This document shows, piece by piece, positions 27,894-36,648 of a stretch of DNA of 64,000 nucleotides. Positions within the stretch are counted from its first letter, which is position 1, and each line of letters starts with the position of its first letter. Source of the DNA: an uncultured Candidatus Rokubacteria bacterium (GTDB lineage: Bacteria; Methylomirabilota; Methylomirabilia; Rokubacteriales; DASRDR01); NCBI GenBank assembly GCA_963826115.1, contig CAWGVS010000010.1:32001-96000 (forward strand), given 5' to 3'. Under the pieces are notes generated by a model. It made no database searches. It saw only the letters and a program-made list of their open reading frames with translations, and was not told where the DNA came from. The position numbers were made by a program, and so were the translations under genes.

Positions 27894-28298
27894 TCAGGAC
27901 CGAGAGCGACGCGGACCCGACCGGGCGGGGCGCGGCGCGCCCGGCGGCACGACCATGAAGCCGAGCACGCGCATGAGCGCCTCGGTGGGATCGGACGCCG
28001 CGCGACGTCGGTCGCTGTGCCGCCGGTCGTCGTCGACCCGGCGCGGCAACCGGCGCCGCTCACCGACGCGCCGGTCCACGATCACGCGCCCGCGCCCGGC
28101 GGACTCCTGGCGCTCCCGGAGGAAGTCGGCGAGGTCGGTGAGGGCCCGGCTGACGATCACGAGATCGCTGGCGGCGGGGCCCAGCCGGGGACGGCGGCGT
28201 GGCGCGCGCGCGCGGGTCACGCCCGCGCGCTTCGCCGTCCGACGCAGGGACCCCGAGCGATGAGTCGGCGAAGCGTGCCGGCGGCGCGCGCGTTTCAT
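27894..28298 (-). CDS. Basic hypothetical protein
   Basis: ATG 28298; LVIVSR..VIVDRRVGERRR..DRRRAA..LGFMVV. Confidence 0.55.
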   Translation of the reverse strand: MKRARRRHASPTHRSGSLRRTAKRAGVTRARAPRRRPRLGPAASDLVIVSRALTDLADFLRERQESAGRGRVIVDRRVGERRRLPRRVDDDRRHSDRRRAASDPTEALMRVLGFMVVPPGAPRPARSGPRRSRS

Positions 28299-28380
28299 CC
28301 TTCGAGGATGCCAAAGGAGTCGCCGACGGCCAAAGCTTATCGGCTCTCGCCGCCGTCGACCCGAGGACGCCCGCGCGCGG

Positions 28381-28424
28381 GTGCACAGTCCACAGGGCAC
28401 CCTGCACAGTCCACAGTGCAGGCG
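28381..28424. promoter_or_regulatory. Double-dyad element copy 2 (candidate enhancer/UAS)
   Basis: TGCACAGT-CC-ACAGGGCA (28382-28399) and TGCACAGT-CC-ACAGTGCA (28403-28420); inverted relative to copy 1. Confidence 0.75.
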
Positions 28425-28568
28425 TGGTAAGCGCCCGCCACATATAGCGTCTCCCGCCGTCTCCGCGCGGCCGTGAGCGGGACCTGCCACCCAGGCAGTG
28501 CAGGTGCCGCTCCGGCGGGCCCCCGGCTAACTCCGCGTACCGTCAAGCGTCCCGAGCCCCGAGGGCCG

Positions 28569-28584
28569 TGGCACTCGGGTTGCT
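28569..28584 (+). promoter_or_regulatory. sigma-54 promoter candidate for the patatin/heme-enzyme unit
   Basis: TGGCACTCGGGTTGCT matches consensus TGGCAC-N5-TTGCW; about 150 bp after dyad element 2 and about 50 bp before the patatin GTG. Confidence 0.75.
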
Positions 28585-28635
28585 CCGCCGATCCACGCGG
28601 TCGCGTCGTTCCGAGACCGTTCCGGAGGAGGCGCT

Positions 28636-29751
28636 GTGCCGTTCGGCGTCGAGGGAGTCGAGTCCGGCGTGGGCCTCGCGCTGTCGGGGGGAGGGTTCCG
28701 CGCGACCCTGTTCCACTGCGGCGCGCTCTGGCGTCTCGACGAGCTCGGCTTCCTCCCGAAGCTCGACCGCGTCTCGAGCGTGTCCGGCGGCTCGATCACG
28801 GCGGGCGTCCTGGCGACGCGCTGGACGGAGCTGCGCTTCGCCGGCGCCACGGGCGCGAACCTCCGGGAGACGGTCATCGCGCCGCTGCGGGCGTTCTGCC
28901 ACCGCACCGTGGACGTCCCGGCCATCGGGATCGGGACCCTCCTGCCGGGCCGGCGTCCGGCCGACCTGCTCCAGGCCGCGTACGCGGAGCACCTCTTCGG
29001 GGCGGCCGCGCTCCACGACCTGCCCGACCGCCCGCGCTTCGTGTTCAACGCGACGAACCTCGCGACGGGGGTGAGCTTCCGGTTCTCGAAGCCGTACGCC
29101 GGCGACTACCGGATCGGCCTCATCCCGAAGCCGACGTTCCCGGTCGCGCTCGCGGTGACCGCGTCGAGCGCCTTCCCGCCGTTCCTCTCGCCGGTCGTCG
29201 TCCGGCCGGACCCCGACGCGTTCCAGCGAGTTCCGGGCGCCGACCTCTTCGACCAGGTCGCGTACCGCGAGCGGCTGCTCCTGACCGACGGCGGCGTCTA
29301 CGACAACCTCGGGCTCGAGACCGTGTGGAACCGCTACGACACGGTGCTGACGAGCGACGCCGGCGCGCCGTTCGGCCTGGCGCTCGACCCCGAGACGTCG
29401 TGGCACGGTCAGGTGCTCCGCGCGCTCGACATCGCGACCAACCAGGCGCGCGCGCTTCGCAAGCGGATCCTGATCGACGACTACACGCGGGGCGTGCGGA
29501 AGGGCGCGTACTGGGGCATCGCCACCGACATCCGGGCGTACGGGCTCGCCGACGCGCTGCCGGTGTTGCCGGCGCGCATCGCGGAGCTCGCTGCCCTGCG
29601 CACCCGGCTCGACGACTTCTCCGACGTGGAACAGGGCCGGCTCATCAACTGGGGATACGCCGTGTGCGACGCCGCCATGCGCCGGCACGTCACCGCCGGC
29701 GCCGGCCCCGCCCCGGCATGGCCCGTGCCCGAGCTTCGGCTGGACCAGTAG
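28636..29751 (+). CDS. Patatin-like phospholipase
   Basis: LALSGGGFRA, VSSVSGGS, ASSAFP, DGGVYDNLG; GGAGGAGG RBS. Confidence 0.92.
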   Translation: MPFGVEGVESGVGLALSGGGFRATLFHCGALWRLDELGFLPKLDRVSSVSGGSITAGVLATRWTELRFAGATGANLRETVIAPLRAFCHRTVDVPAIGIGTLLPGRRPADLLQAAYAEHLFGAAALHDLPDRPRFVFNATNLATGVSFRFSKPYAGDYRIGLIPKPTFPVALAVTASSAFPPFLSPVVVRPDPDAFQRVPGADLFDQVAYRERLLLTDGGVYDNLGLETVWNRYDTVLTSDAGAPFGLALDPETSWHGQVLRALDIATNQARALRKRILIDDYTRGVRKGAYWGIATDIRAYGLADALPVLPARIAELAALRTRLDDFSDVEQGRLINWGYAVCDAAMRRHVTAGAGPAPAWPVPELRLDQ

Positions 29752-29898
29752 GCAGCCGCAGGAACCGGAGGACCGTCTGATGAAGCGCTCCGCGTCCCGC
29801 CCGTCTTCCCGCGCGCCTCGATCGCCCGCGCCCCCGGCTCCCGCCGCCGGTCCCGGCCGGCTCCGCCGGATGTGCAGCATCCGCGAGGGCTCGCCGCG

Positions 29899-31269
29899 GT
29901 GAGCGGGGCGCGGGCCCTCGTACTCGGCGTGCTCCTGTGCGCCGTCCTCCTCGGGGCGGCGCCCGGGCGGGCGCAGGACGCCGATGCGGACAAGCGGGCG
30001 GCCCTCAAGCGCATCGCGGGCTTCGCCGCGCTCATCGACAAGACGGACGTCGAGATCCGGCGGAAGCAGTGGGAGTACCGGCTCCTCCTGTCGTTCGCGC
30101 TCGCCGTCGGCATCCTCGGCGCGGCGAGCGCGGCGGCCCAGAAGTTCGAGGGCACGAAGGCGCGGGTCGCCACGCTCGCCATGGGCGTGCTGATCTCCGC
30201 CCTGACCTTCTCGACGAACACGCTCTTCCCGGACGACCACCGGGCGCTCAAGCGCAACGTCGAGCGGGCGCGCCACGAGCGCGACGTGGGCAAGGTGGTG
30301 GCCGACTCCGCGGACCTGTCGGTCAGCACCGAGGCGCTCCTCCAGCTCGAGCAGCAGGTGCAGGCGCGGTACGCGGCGATCGTCTCCGCGCTGGGGCCGG
30401 ACTCGAAGCAGGCGTCGCTCGCGCCGGCGAGCGCGTGGGCGGCGGCGCCGGGAGCCCCGGAATCCCCGGAGTGCCAGCGCTGGCCGTCGAGCGGCGGCCT
30501 GTGCTTCTCCGGGATCGGCCGCAGCGCGTACCCCGAGCAGGCGCGGCAGAACGCGCTCCAGATCGCGGTCGACCAGGCCTCCCAGTACGTCGCGCGGCAG
30601 GTCGGGAGCCAGCGCCCGCCGGAGGCGTTCCGGGACTACGTCGAGCGGTTCGCGCGCGTGGAGGAGGTGTACCCGAGCCGGGACCTCCGCGCCGGCCGGG
30701 AGTTCGGGTACGTCGCCATCCTCACGCTGAACTCGCGCTTCGCCGACCCGAAGGCCGTGGCCGCCTCGAGCATCGAGCCCCGGACGATCACCTCCGGCGA
30801 CCCCGTGCTCATCCGCGGCTGGCGCGCTCCGCCGGGCGGCCGCCTGCCGGGCGACCCCGCCGGCGAGGCCTGGTTCCGGATCGAGGGACAGGATGTGCGC
30901 GCCGACCGCGGCGCGGACGGGGCGAGCTCGTGGGTGTTCGGGAAGCGTGGCGGCGCGCGGGGCCCTCTCCAGCACGGCGACCTCGTCTCGCTGCGCGGCG
31001 TGTGGGGCGATCCCTACGTCACCGTCGAGCCCGACGGGCGGCTCCTCGCGTACCGCGGTCCCTCGGAGGCCGCGCTCTTCCGCCTCGAGCGGCGCGGCGG
31101 TGGGGAGCTGGTCCGCGAGGGCGACGCCTTTGCGCTCGTGGATCCCCGGAGCGGGCGCGTCCTCCGGGCGGACCGCGGACGCCTGGTGATGAGGCCTCCG
31201 GAGGATGCCGCGTCCACGCGCTTCGCGGCCGTGCTCGTGCCGCGCATCGGCACGGCTGCGAAGTACTGA
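29899..31269 (+). CDS. Exported/membrane multidomain hypothetical protein
   Basis: Signal-like N-terminus, two internal TM helices, a GIGRS..ARQNAL segment, and a beta-rich C-terminus (GDLVSLR..YVTVE..LFRLER) resembling fascin/beta-trefoil repeats. Confidence 0.6.
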   Translation: MSGARALVLGVLLCAVLLGAAPGRAQDADADKRAALKRIAGFAALIDKTDVEIRRKQWEYRLLLSFALAVGILGAASAAAQKFEGTKARVATLAMGVLISALTFSTNTLFPDDHRALKRNVERARHERDVGKVVADSADLSVSTEALLQLEQQVQARYAAIVSALGPDSKQASLAPASAWAAAPGAPESPECQRWPSSGGLCFSGIGRSAYPEQARQNALQIAVDQASQYVARQVGSQRPPEAFRDYVERFARVEEVYPSRDLRAGREFGYVAILTLNSRFADPKAVAASSIEPRTITSGDPVLIRGWRAPPGGRLPGDPAGEAWFRIEGQDVRADRGADGASSWVFGKRGGARGPLQHGDLVSLRGVWGDPYVTVEPDGRLLAYRGPSEAALFRLERRGGGELVREGDAFALVDPRSGRVLRADRGRLVMRPPEDAASTRFAAVLVPRIGTAAKY

Positions 31270-31305
31270 ACCCGCGCTGCCCAGGCCCGAGGGAGGGAGA
31301 ACGCG

Positions 31306-31755
31306 ATGGCGACGACCAAGACCCGGAAGGGCCCGTGCAATCCGGCCTGCACCACGATCGTCCGGTTCATGACCGACAAGGAGGTCCCGCCCAACGTCGG
31401 GGTCAGCATCCCCGGCTACAAGTCAGTGGACGGCTACCGCCACCTGAACGTCTTCGTCCGCTTCAGCCAGGAGACGTCGGGCGAGCCGCCAGTGGACCTG
31501 GGCGTGCTCTTCGCCTTCGACGTCCAGGGGACCCTGAGCGCCCGCCGCTACGTGAACCTCGAGGCGAACGTGCCGGGCCCCCAGAGCACGAACTTCATCG
31601 AGGTGTCGGGGAGCGGCTCGTGGCACGGCAGCCCGCACAACATCAGCAGCTACATGGCGCGGCTGCCGGTCATGGGGCCCTTCGCATGGGTGGTCGTCTA
31701 CAACCGCGCGCTGGTCAAGCGCGTCGTGACCGTCTGGGGCTACCTCGTCTCGTGA
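31306..31755 (+). CDS. Hypothetical beta-rich protein
   Basis: 149 aa with good codon pattern and a GGAGGGAG RBS. Confidence 0.7.
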   Translation: MATTKTRKGPCNPACTTIVRFMTDKEVPPNVGVSIPGYKSVDGYRHLNVFVRFSQETSGEPPVDLGVLFAFDVQGTLSARRYVNLEANVPGPQSTNFIEVSGSGSWHGSPHNISSYMARLPVMGPFAWVVVYNRALVKRVVTVWGYLVS

Positions 31756-31790
31756 GTGCCCCGCGTCCCGTTCCCGACAAGGAGACCCTC

Positions 31791-34256
31791 ATGGCCGACC
31801 ACGGTGTGTCCGGGCGTCGGGTGTGGCTGTCCGCGTGCGCCGCCCTCCTCCTGCTGCTCGGCGGGTGCGGGAAGGACGCGCCCCGGCCGGGCACGGTCCT
31901 CGACGAGGCCAGCCGCGCGGGCCGCACCGCGGCGTCGTTCCCGGCGGCGGCCGAGGACTACTTCCACGACATGGACGGCGGCGGCGCCTTGACCCGTGAG
32001 GAGATCCAGGGCCGCAACACCTGGCTCGTGTGGACGGGCGGCAACGACCGCTTCTGGGACACGATCGGCGTCTCGAGCTTCGGGCTCTTCGACCTGCTGA
32101 AGATCCTCTCGTCGCACCCCGACAAGAGCGTCGCGCACCTGAACCGGAGCACCCGCTGGCAGTACCTCGGCCTGGTCAACGAGCCCTGCTTCGACAAGCC
32201 GACCGGCCCGGACCCCCAACGCCATGGCCTGTGGCTCGACAAGCGCCGCGCCGACTGCCCGCCCGACCCGTTCGAGAACGAGGCGCGGTACCCGGGCGTT
32301 CGGATCGGGGCGCGCGGCGCCAACATGCCCCTCGGCTCCTACTACGGGTACGCGTCGGGGATCGTCGGCCTTCGGCTGTTCCCGAACCCGGACTTCGACG
32401 AAGCGGCCGCGAAGCGGTGGGATCCCGTCCGCTACTACGCGGACGAGTCGTACTACGACTCGAAGGACCTCGTGCGGCCGTACCGGGTCGGGATGTCGTG
32501 CGCGTTCTGCCACGTCGGCCCCAACCCCATCCGCCCGCCCGCCGACCCCGAGAACCCCAAGTGGGAGAACCTCGCGTCCAACGTCGGCGCCCAGTACTAC
32601 TGGGTCGACCGCATCTTCAGCTGGAAGAACGACAAGTCCAACTACATGTTCCAGCTGCTCCACACCTCCCGCCCCGGCGCCCTCGACACGTCGCTGGTGT
32701 CGACCGACTACATCAACAACCCCCGCACCATGAACGCCGTGTACCTCCTCGGGCCGCGGCTCCAGGTCGGGAAGCGCTGGGGGAAGGAGACCCTCGCCGG
32801 CGGCGGTCTGAGCAACGCCCAGCTGAACGACTACGTCAAGGACGGGCCGCTGACGCAGTTCTTCGAGAAGCCCGGCACGGTGTGGACGCCCCGCGTCCTG
32901 AAGGACGGCTCGGACTCGGTGGGCGCGCTGGGGGCGCTGAACCGCGTCTACCTGAACATCGGTCTGTTCAGCGAGGAGTGGATGCTCCACTTCAACGCGC
33001 TCGTCGGCGGCAAGCCCATCAGCCCCATCGAGATCGCCGTCGCCCGCAAGAACTCCGCCTACTGGCTGGCGACCGAGGCCCAGACGCCGAGCCTCGCGCT
33101 CTTCTTCCTCCGCACGGCCGTGCCGCACCGCCTGAAGGATGCGCCGGGCGGGAGCGCCTACCAGACCAAGAACCAGGCGGTGCTCCGCCGCGGGAAGATC
33201 GCGTTCGCCGAGCGCTGTGCCCGCTGCCACTCGAGCAAGACGCCCGAGCCCGCCGTCGGCGTCGACCCCGGCGGCTGCGCGGGCTCCGGCTACCTGACCT
33301 GCTGGACGCGGTACTGGGAGTCGACCCAGACCGACGCCTACAAGCAGGCCATGCGCCGGATCGTCCTGGCCGACGACTTTCTCGACAACAACTACCTGTC
33401 CACCGAGCTGCGCGTGCCGGCGACCCTCCTCGAGACCAACGCGTGCAGCCCGCTCGCGACGAACGCGATCGCCGGCAACATCTGGGACAATTTCTCGTCG
33501 CAGTCCTACAAGGACCTCCCGTCGGTCGGGACCATCACCGTCCACGACCCCTTCACCGGCCAGCCGCGACCCTACCAGATGCCGGCGGGCGGCCGGGGCT
33601 ACACGCGGCCGGCGTCGCTCGTCAGCGTGTGGTCGACCGCCCCCTTCTTCCAGAACAACAGCCTCGGGCGGTTCGAGTGGAGCCCGTCGGTCGAGGCCCG
33701 GATGCGCTCGTTTCAGGACTCGGTCGAGAAGCTGCTCTGGCCGGAGCGGCGCCTCAAGGATGCGGTGCTCGGGGACAAGGTGCCGGGCCGCATCGATCGG
33801 ACGACGGACCGGAGCTACATCCGCATCGCCGCCGGCTACCTGCCGGACGAGCTCCAGCCGCTGCTCGGCCGGGCCAACCGCTACGCGCCGTGGCTCTTCG
33901 GCGCGGGCGGCATCCGGATCGGACCCATTCCGCCCGGCACGCCGGTGAACCTGATCGCCAACCTGGACCTGATGCCGGACGGGGCCGACCTGGCCGGGCG
34001 CGCCGCGCACGTGCGGAAGCTCCTGCCGCTGCTGCACGAGCTCGCGCAGGCCCTCAAGAAGGGCGGCGACTCCGCGACCGACGACGAGCTGCGCCGGAGC
34101 TTCGCCCCCGTGGTGCCGATGCTGCTCGAGATGAGCAAGTGTCCGGACTTCGTCGTCGACCGCGGCCACTACTTCGGCACGAGCCAGTTCAAGGAGGAGC
34201 CGGGCTTGAGCGACGAGGACAAGACCGCCCTGATCGAGTTCATGAAGACCTTCTAG
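31791..34256 (+). CDS. Large diheme c-type cytochrome lipoprotein (RoxA/CcP-MauG superfamily-like)
   Basis: AAGGAG RBS; lipobox LLLGGC; CAFCH and CARCH; GYTRPASLVSVWSTAPFFQNNS; C-terminal GHYFG..LSDEDKTALIEFMKTF. Confidence 0.8.
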   Translation: MADHGVSGRRVWLSACAALLLLLGGCGKDAPRPGTVLDEASRAGRTAASFPAAAEDYFHDMDGGGALTREEIQGRNTWLVWTGGNDRFWDTIGVSSFGLFDLLKILSSHPDKSVAHLNRSTRWQYLGLVNEPCFDKPTGPDPQRHGLWLDKRRADCPPDPFENEARYPGVRIGARGANMPLGSYYGYASGIVGLRLFPNPDFDEAAAKRWDPVRYYADESYYDSKDLVRPYRVGMSCAFCHVGPNPIRPPADPENPKWENLASNVGAQYYWVDRIFSWKNDKSNYMFQLLHTSRPGALDTSLVSTDYINNPRTMNAVYLLGPRLQVGKRWGKETLAGGGLSNAQLNDYVKDGPLTQFFEKPGTVWTPRVLKDGSDSVGALGALNRVYLNIGLFSEEWMLHFNALVGGKPISPIEIAVARKNSAYWLATEAQTPSLALFFLRTAVPHRLKDAPGGSAYQTKNQAVLRRGKIAFAERCARCHSSKTPEPAVGVDPGGCAGSGYLTCWTRYWESTQTDAYKQAMRRIVLADDFLDNNYLSTELRVPATLLETNACSPLATNAIAGNIWDNFSSQSYKDLPSVGTITVHDPFTGQPRPYQMPAGGRGYTRPASLVSVWSTAPFFQNNSLGRFEWSPSVEARMRSFQDSVEKLLWPERRLKDAVLGDKVPGRIDRTTDRSYIRIAAGYLPDELQPLLGRANRYAPWLFGAGGIRIGPIPPGTPVNLIANLDLMPDGADLAGRAAHVRKLLPLLHELAQALKKGGDSATDDELRRSFAPVVPMLLEMSKCPDFVVDRGHYFGTSQFKEEPGLSDEDKTALIEFMKTF

Positions 34257-34271
34257 CCGGCGCGGACTCCC

Positions 34272-36167
34272 ATGGACCCCGTGGCATCGCGTTCCGCGGA
34301 TTGCGAGTACGTGGTGGTCGGCTCGGGCGCCGGCGGCGGCACGCTCGCCGCCCGGCTGGCCGAGGCGGGTCGCACCGTCGTGCTGCTCGAGGCCGGCGGG
34401 GACCCGCGCCGCCTGGCCGGCGGCGACCCCCTCGACCCGGGCGGCAATCGCCTGCCCGACTCGTACGACGTCCCGGCCTTCCACGCGTTCGCGTCGGAGA
34501 ACGAGGCGCTGGCGTGGAACTTCTTCGTCCGCCACTACGAGAGCGACGCGCGGCAGCGCGAGGACCCGAAGTACCGGGAGACGTGGGAGGGCAGGAAGGT
34601 CGACGGCGTCCTGTACCCGCGCGCGGCGGCGCTCGGCGGTTGCACCGCGCACAACGCGCTGATCTTCGTCTCCCCCCACGACGCCGACTGGGACGGCATC
34701 GCCGCGCTAACCGGCGACCCCTCGTGGAGCGCGGCACGGATGCGCCGGTACTTCCAGCGGCTCGAGAACTGCCGCCACCGCCCGGTGTATCGCGTCCTGG
34801 CCCGGCTGGGCCTCGACCCCACGGGGCATGGCTGGAACGGCTGGCTCCACACCGAGCGCGCGGACATCCGGCCGGTCTTCCGCGACCGGGCCCTGAAGAA
34901 GGTGATGAAGCGGTCGGCGCGCCAGGCGCTCCGCGACGTCGCCCCGCCGTTCACGCGGCTCTGGTGGCTGCTCCAGGGCAAGGCCGACCCGAACGACTGG
35001 CGGCTCGTGCGGAACAACGCCGTGGGGATCGGCTACCTGCCGCACACCACGCGCGAGCACGCGCGGATGGGCGCGCGCGAGCGGGTCCTGAGCGTGGCCG
35101 CCCGCCATCCCGACCGGCTGCGGGTCGAGCTGAACGCCCTGGCGACGCGCGTGCTCTTCGACGCGGAGCAGCGGGCGGTCGGCGTCGAGTACCTGTCGGG
35201 CGAGCGGCTCTACCGGGCGCACGGCGATCCGAGCCGCGAGGCGGGGGAGCGCCGCGAGGTCCGCGCGTCGGCGGAGGTCATCCTGGCGGGGGGCGCGTTC
35301 AACACGCCCCAGCTCCTCATGCTGTCGGGCGTCGGCCCCCCCGAGGTCCTGGAGCGCCACGGCGTCCCCGTCCGGGTGGCGCTTCCCGGCGTCGGCCGGA
35401 ACCTCCAGGACCGCTACGAGATCGGCGTGGTGAGCCGCATGGCCTTCGACCGCTGGAAGGTGCTGGAGGGGGCCCGTTTCGCGCGCGGGGACCCGCAATA
35501 CCGCGAGTGGGCGAACCGCCGGCGCGGCGTGTACGCGAGCAACGGCGCGATCCTCGGGGCGATCGCGCGCTCGTCCCCGGCGCGCCCGCTCCCGGACCTC
35601 TACTGCTTCGGGCTCCTGGCGCGGTTCGAGGGCTATTTTCCCGGGTACTCGAAGCCCATCGCCGAGCGCCAGGACTACCTCACGTGGGCCATCCTCAAGG
35701 CGCACACCGCCAACCGCGCGGGCGAGGTGACGCTCCGCTCCGCCGATCCGCGGGAGCCGCCCCACGTCAACTTCCGGTACTTCGACGAGGGGAGCGACCG
35801 GGCGGGGGAGGACCTCGAGTCGGTCGTCTCGGGGATCCGCCTCGCCCGGCGCATCAACGCGCGGCTCGAGCGGGCGGGGCTCGTCGCCGAGGAGGAAGAG
35901 CCCGGCGCGCGCGTCCAGTCGGACGGCGAGCTGCGCGACTACGTGCGGGCCCGGGCGTGGGGTCACCACGCCGCCTGCACGTGCCCGATCGGCCCGCGGG
36001 AGCGCGGCGGCGTGCTGACCTCCGACTTCCGCGTGCACGGCACCCGGGGGCTCCGCGTGGTCGACGCGTCCGTGTTCCCGAGGATCCCCGGCTTCTTTCC
36101 GGTCAGCGCGATCTACATGGTCGCCGAGAAGGCGGCCGACGACATCCTCGCCCCGGCGGGCCGGTGA
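34272..36167 (+). CDS. GMC-family flavin oxidoreductase
   Basis: VVGSGAGG, RAAALGGCTAHN, GGAFNTPQLLMLSGVG, VGRNLQD, WGHHAACTC, LRVVDASVFP. Confidence 0.92.
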   Translation: MDPVASRSADCEYVVVGSGAGGGTLAARLAEAGRTVVLLEAGGDPRRLAGGDPLDPGGNRLPDSYDVPAFHAFASENEALAWNFFVRHYESDARQREDPKYRETWEGRKVDGVLYPRAAALGGCTAHNALIFVSPHDADWDGIAALTGDPSWSAARMRRYFQRLENCRHRPVYRVLARLGLDPTGHGWNGWLHTERADIRPVFRDRALKKVMKRSARQALRDVAPPFTRLWWLLQGKADPNDWRLVRNNAVGIGYLPHTTREHARMGARERVLSVAARHPDRLRVELNALATRVLFDAEQRAVGVEYLSGERLYRAHGDPSREAGERREVRASAEVILAGGAFNTPQLLMLSGVGPPEVLERHGVPVRVALPGVGRNLQDRYEIGVVSRMAFDRWKVLEGARFARGDPQYREWANRRRGVYASNGAILGAIARSSPARPLPDLYCFGLLARFEGYFPGYSKPIAERQDYLTWAILKAHTANRAGEVTLRSADPREPPHVNFRYFDEGSDRAGEDLESVVSGIRLARRINARLERAGLVAEEEEPGARVQSDGELRDYVRARAWGHHAACTCPIGPRERGGVLTSDFRVHGTRGLRVVDASVFPRIPGFFPVSAIYMVAEKAADDILAPAGR

Positions 36168-36209
36168 CGGCGCGGCGCGGGCGGTCAGACCACAGAGGAG
36201 GCTGCCGAG

Positions 36210-36641
36210 ATGGGATATGACGTGCCCCAGCTCTTGACGATGTCCCAGAAGGAGCTCGATGACCTGTTCACGCGAAGCGCGCCGGGCGACATCCCCGACG
36301 GCGAGGCCGAGGGGACCGCGATCGTGGCCCCGGGGACGACCTACAGCGGCGACATCGCCAAGATCCTCAACCACTTCGCCTGGCAGGGGAAGACCTTCGA
36401 CGCGGCGAAGGGGCAGCTGAAGAACCGGATCCTGCCGTTCGGGCTCAACGCCATCATCGCGCGGATCTACAAGGAGCCGAGCTGGCTCGACGGCAAGGAG
36501 TGCATCGTCCTCGACTACTCGGACACCTCGCTGGTGGCGCAGTGGATCCGCGACGAGATCCGCCAGATCGGGCCCGGGCTCTACCTGGGCAAGGTCTACT
36601 GGAACAAGAAGCGCCTCATCGATTTCGCGCTCAAGTTCTGA
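36210..36641 (+). CDS. Conserved hypothetical protein
   Basis: 143 aa; MSQKELDDLF, WQGKTF, LDYS, IRDEIRQI.PGLYLG; GAGGAGG RBS. Confidence 0.8.
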   Translation: MGYDVPQLLTMSQKELDDLFTRSAPGDIPDGEAEGTAIVAPGTTYSGDIAKILNHFAWQGKTFDAAKGQLKNRILPFGLNAIIARIYKEPSWLDGKECIVLDYSDTSLVAQWIRDEIRQIGPGLYLGKVYWNKKRLIDFALKF

Positions 36642-36648
36642 GGGTCCC

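Noticed and set aside
23128-28424. CACAGTG/CACTGTG resemblance to the V(D)J RSS heptamer or transposon ends
   Set aside because: No nonamer, transposase or target-site duplication seen; position upstream of sigma-54 motifs explains the element better.
29714-29729. Internal sigma-54-like CGGCATGGCCCGTGCC
   Set aside because: Lies within the patatin coding end with a weak -12; plausible by chance in GC-rich DNA.
29937-34256. 1439-aa and 1379-aa (39470..43609) giant proteins in the ORF track
   Set aside because: The real genes start at 31791 (with RBS and lipobox) and 40751 (lipobox, overlapping the upstream stop); the upstream parts are off-frame shadows of neighbouring genes.
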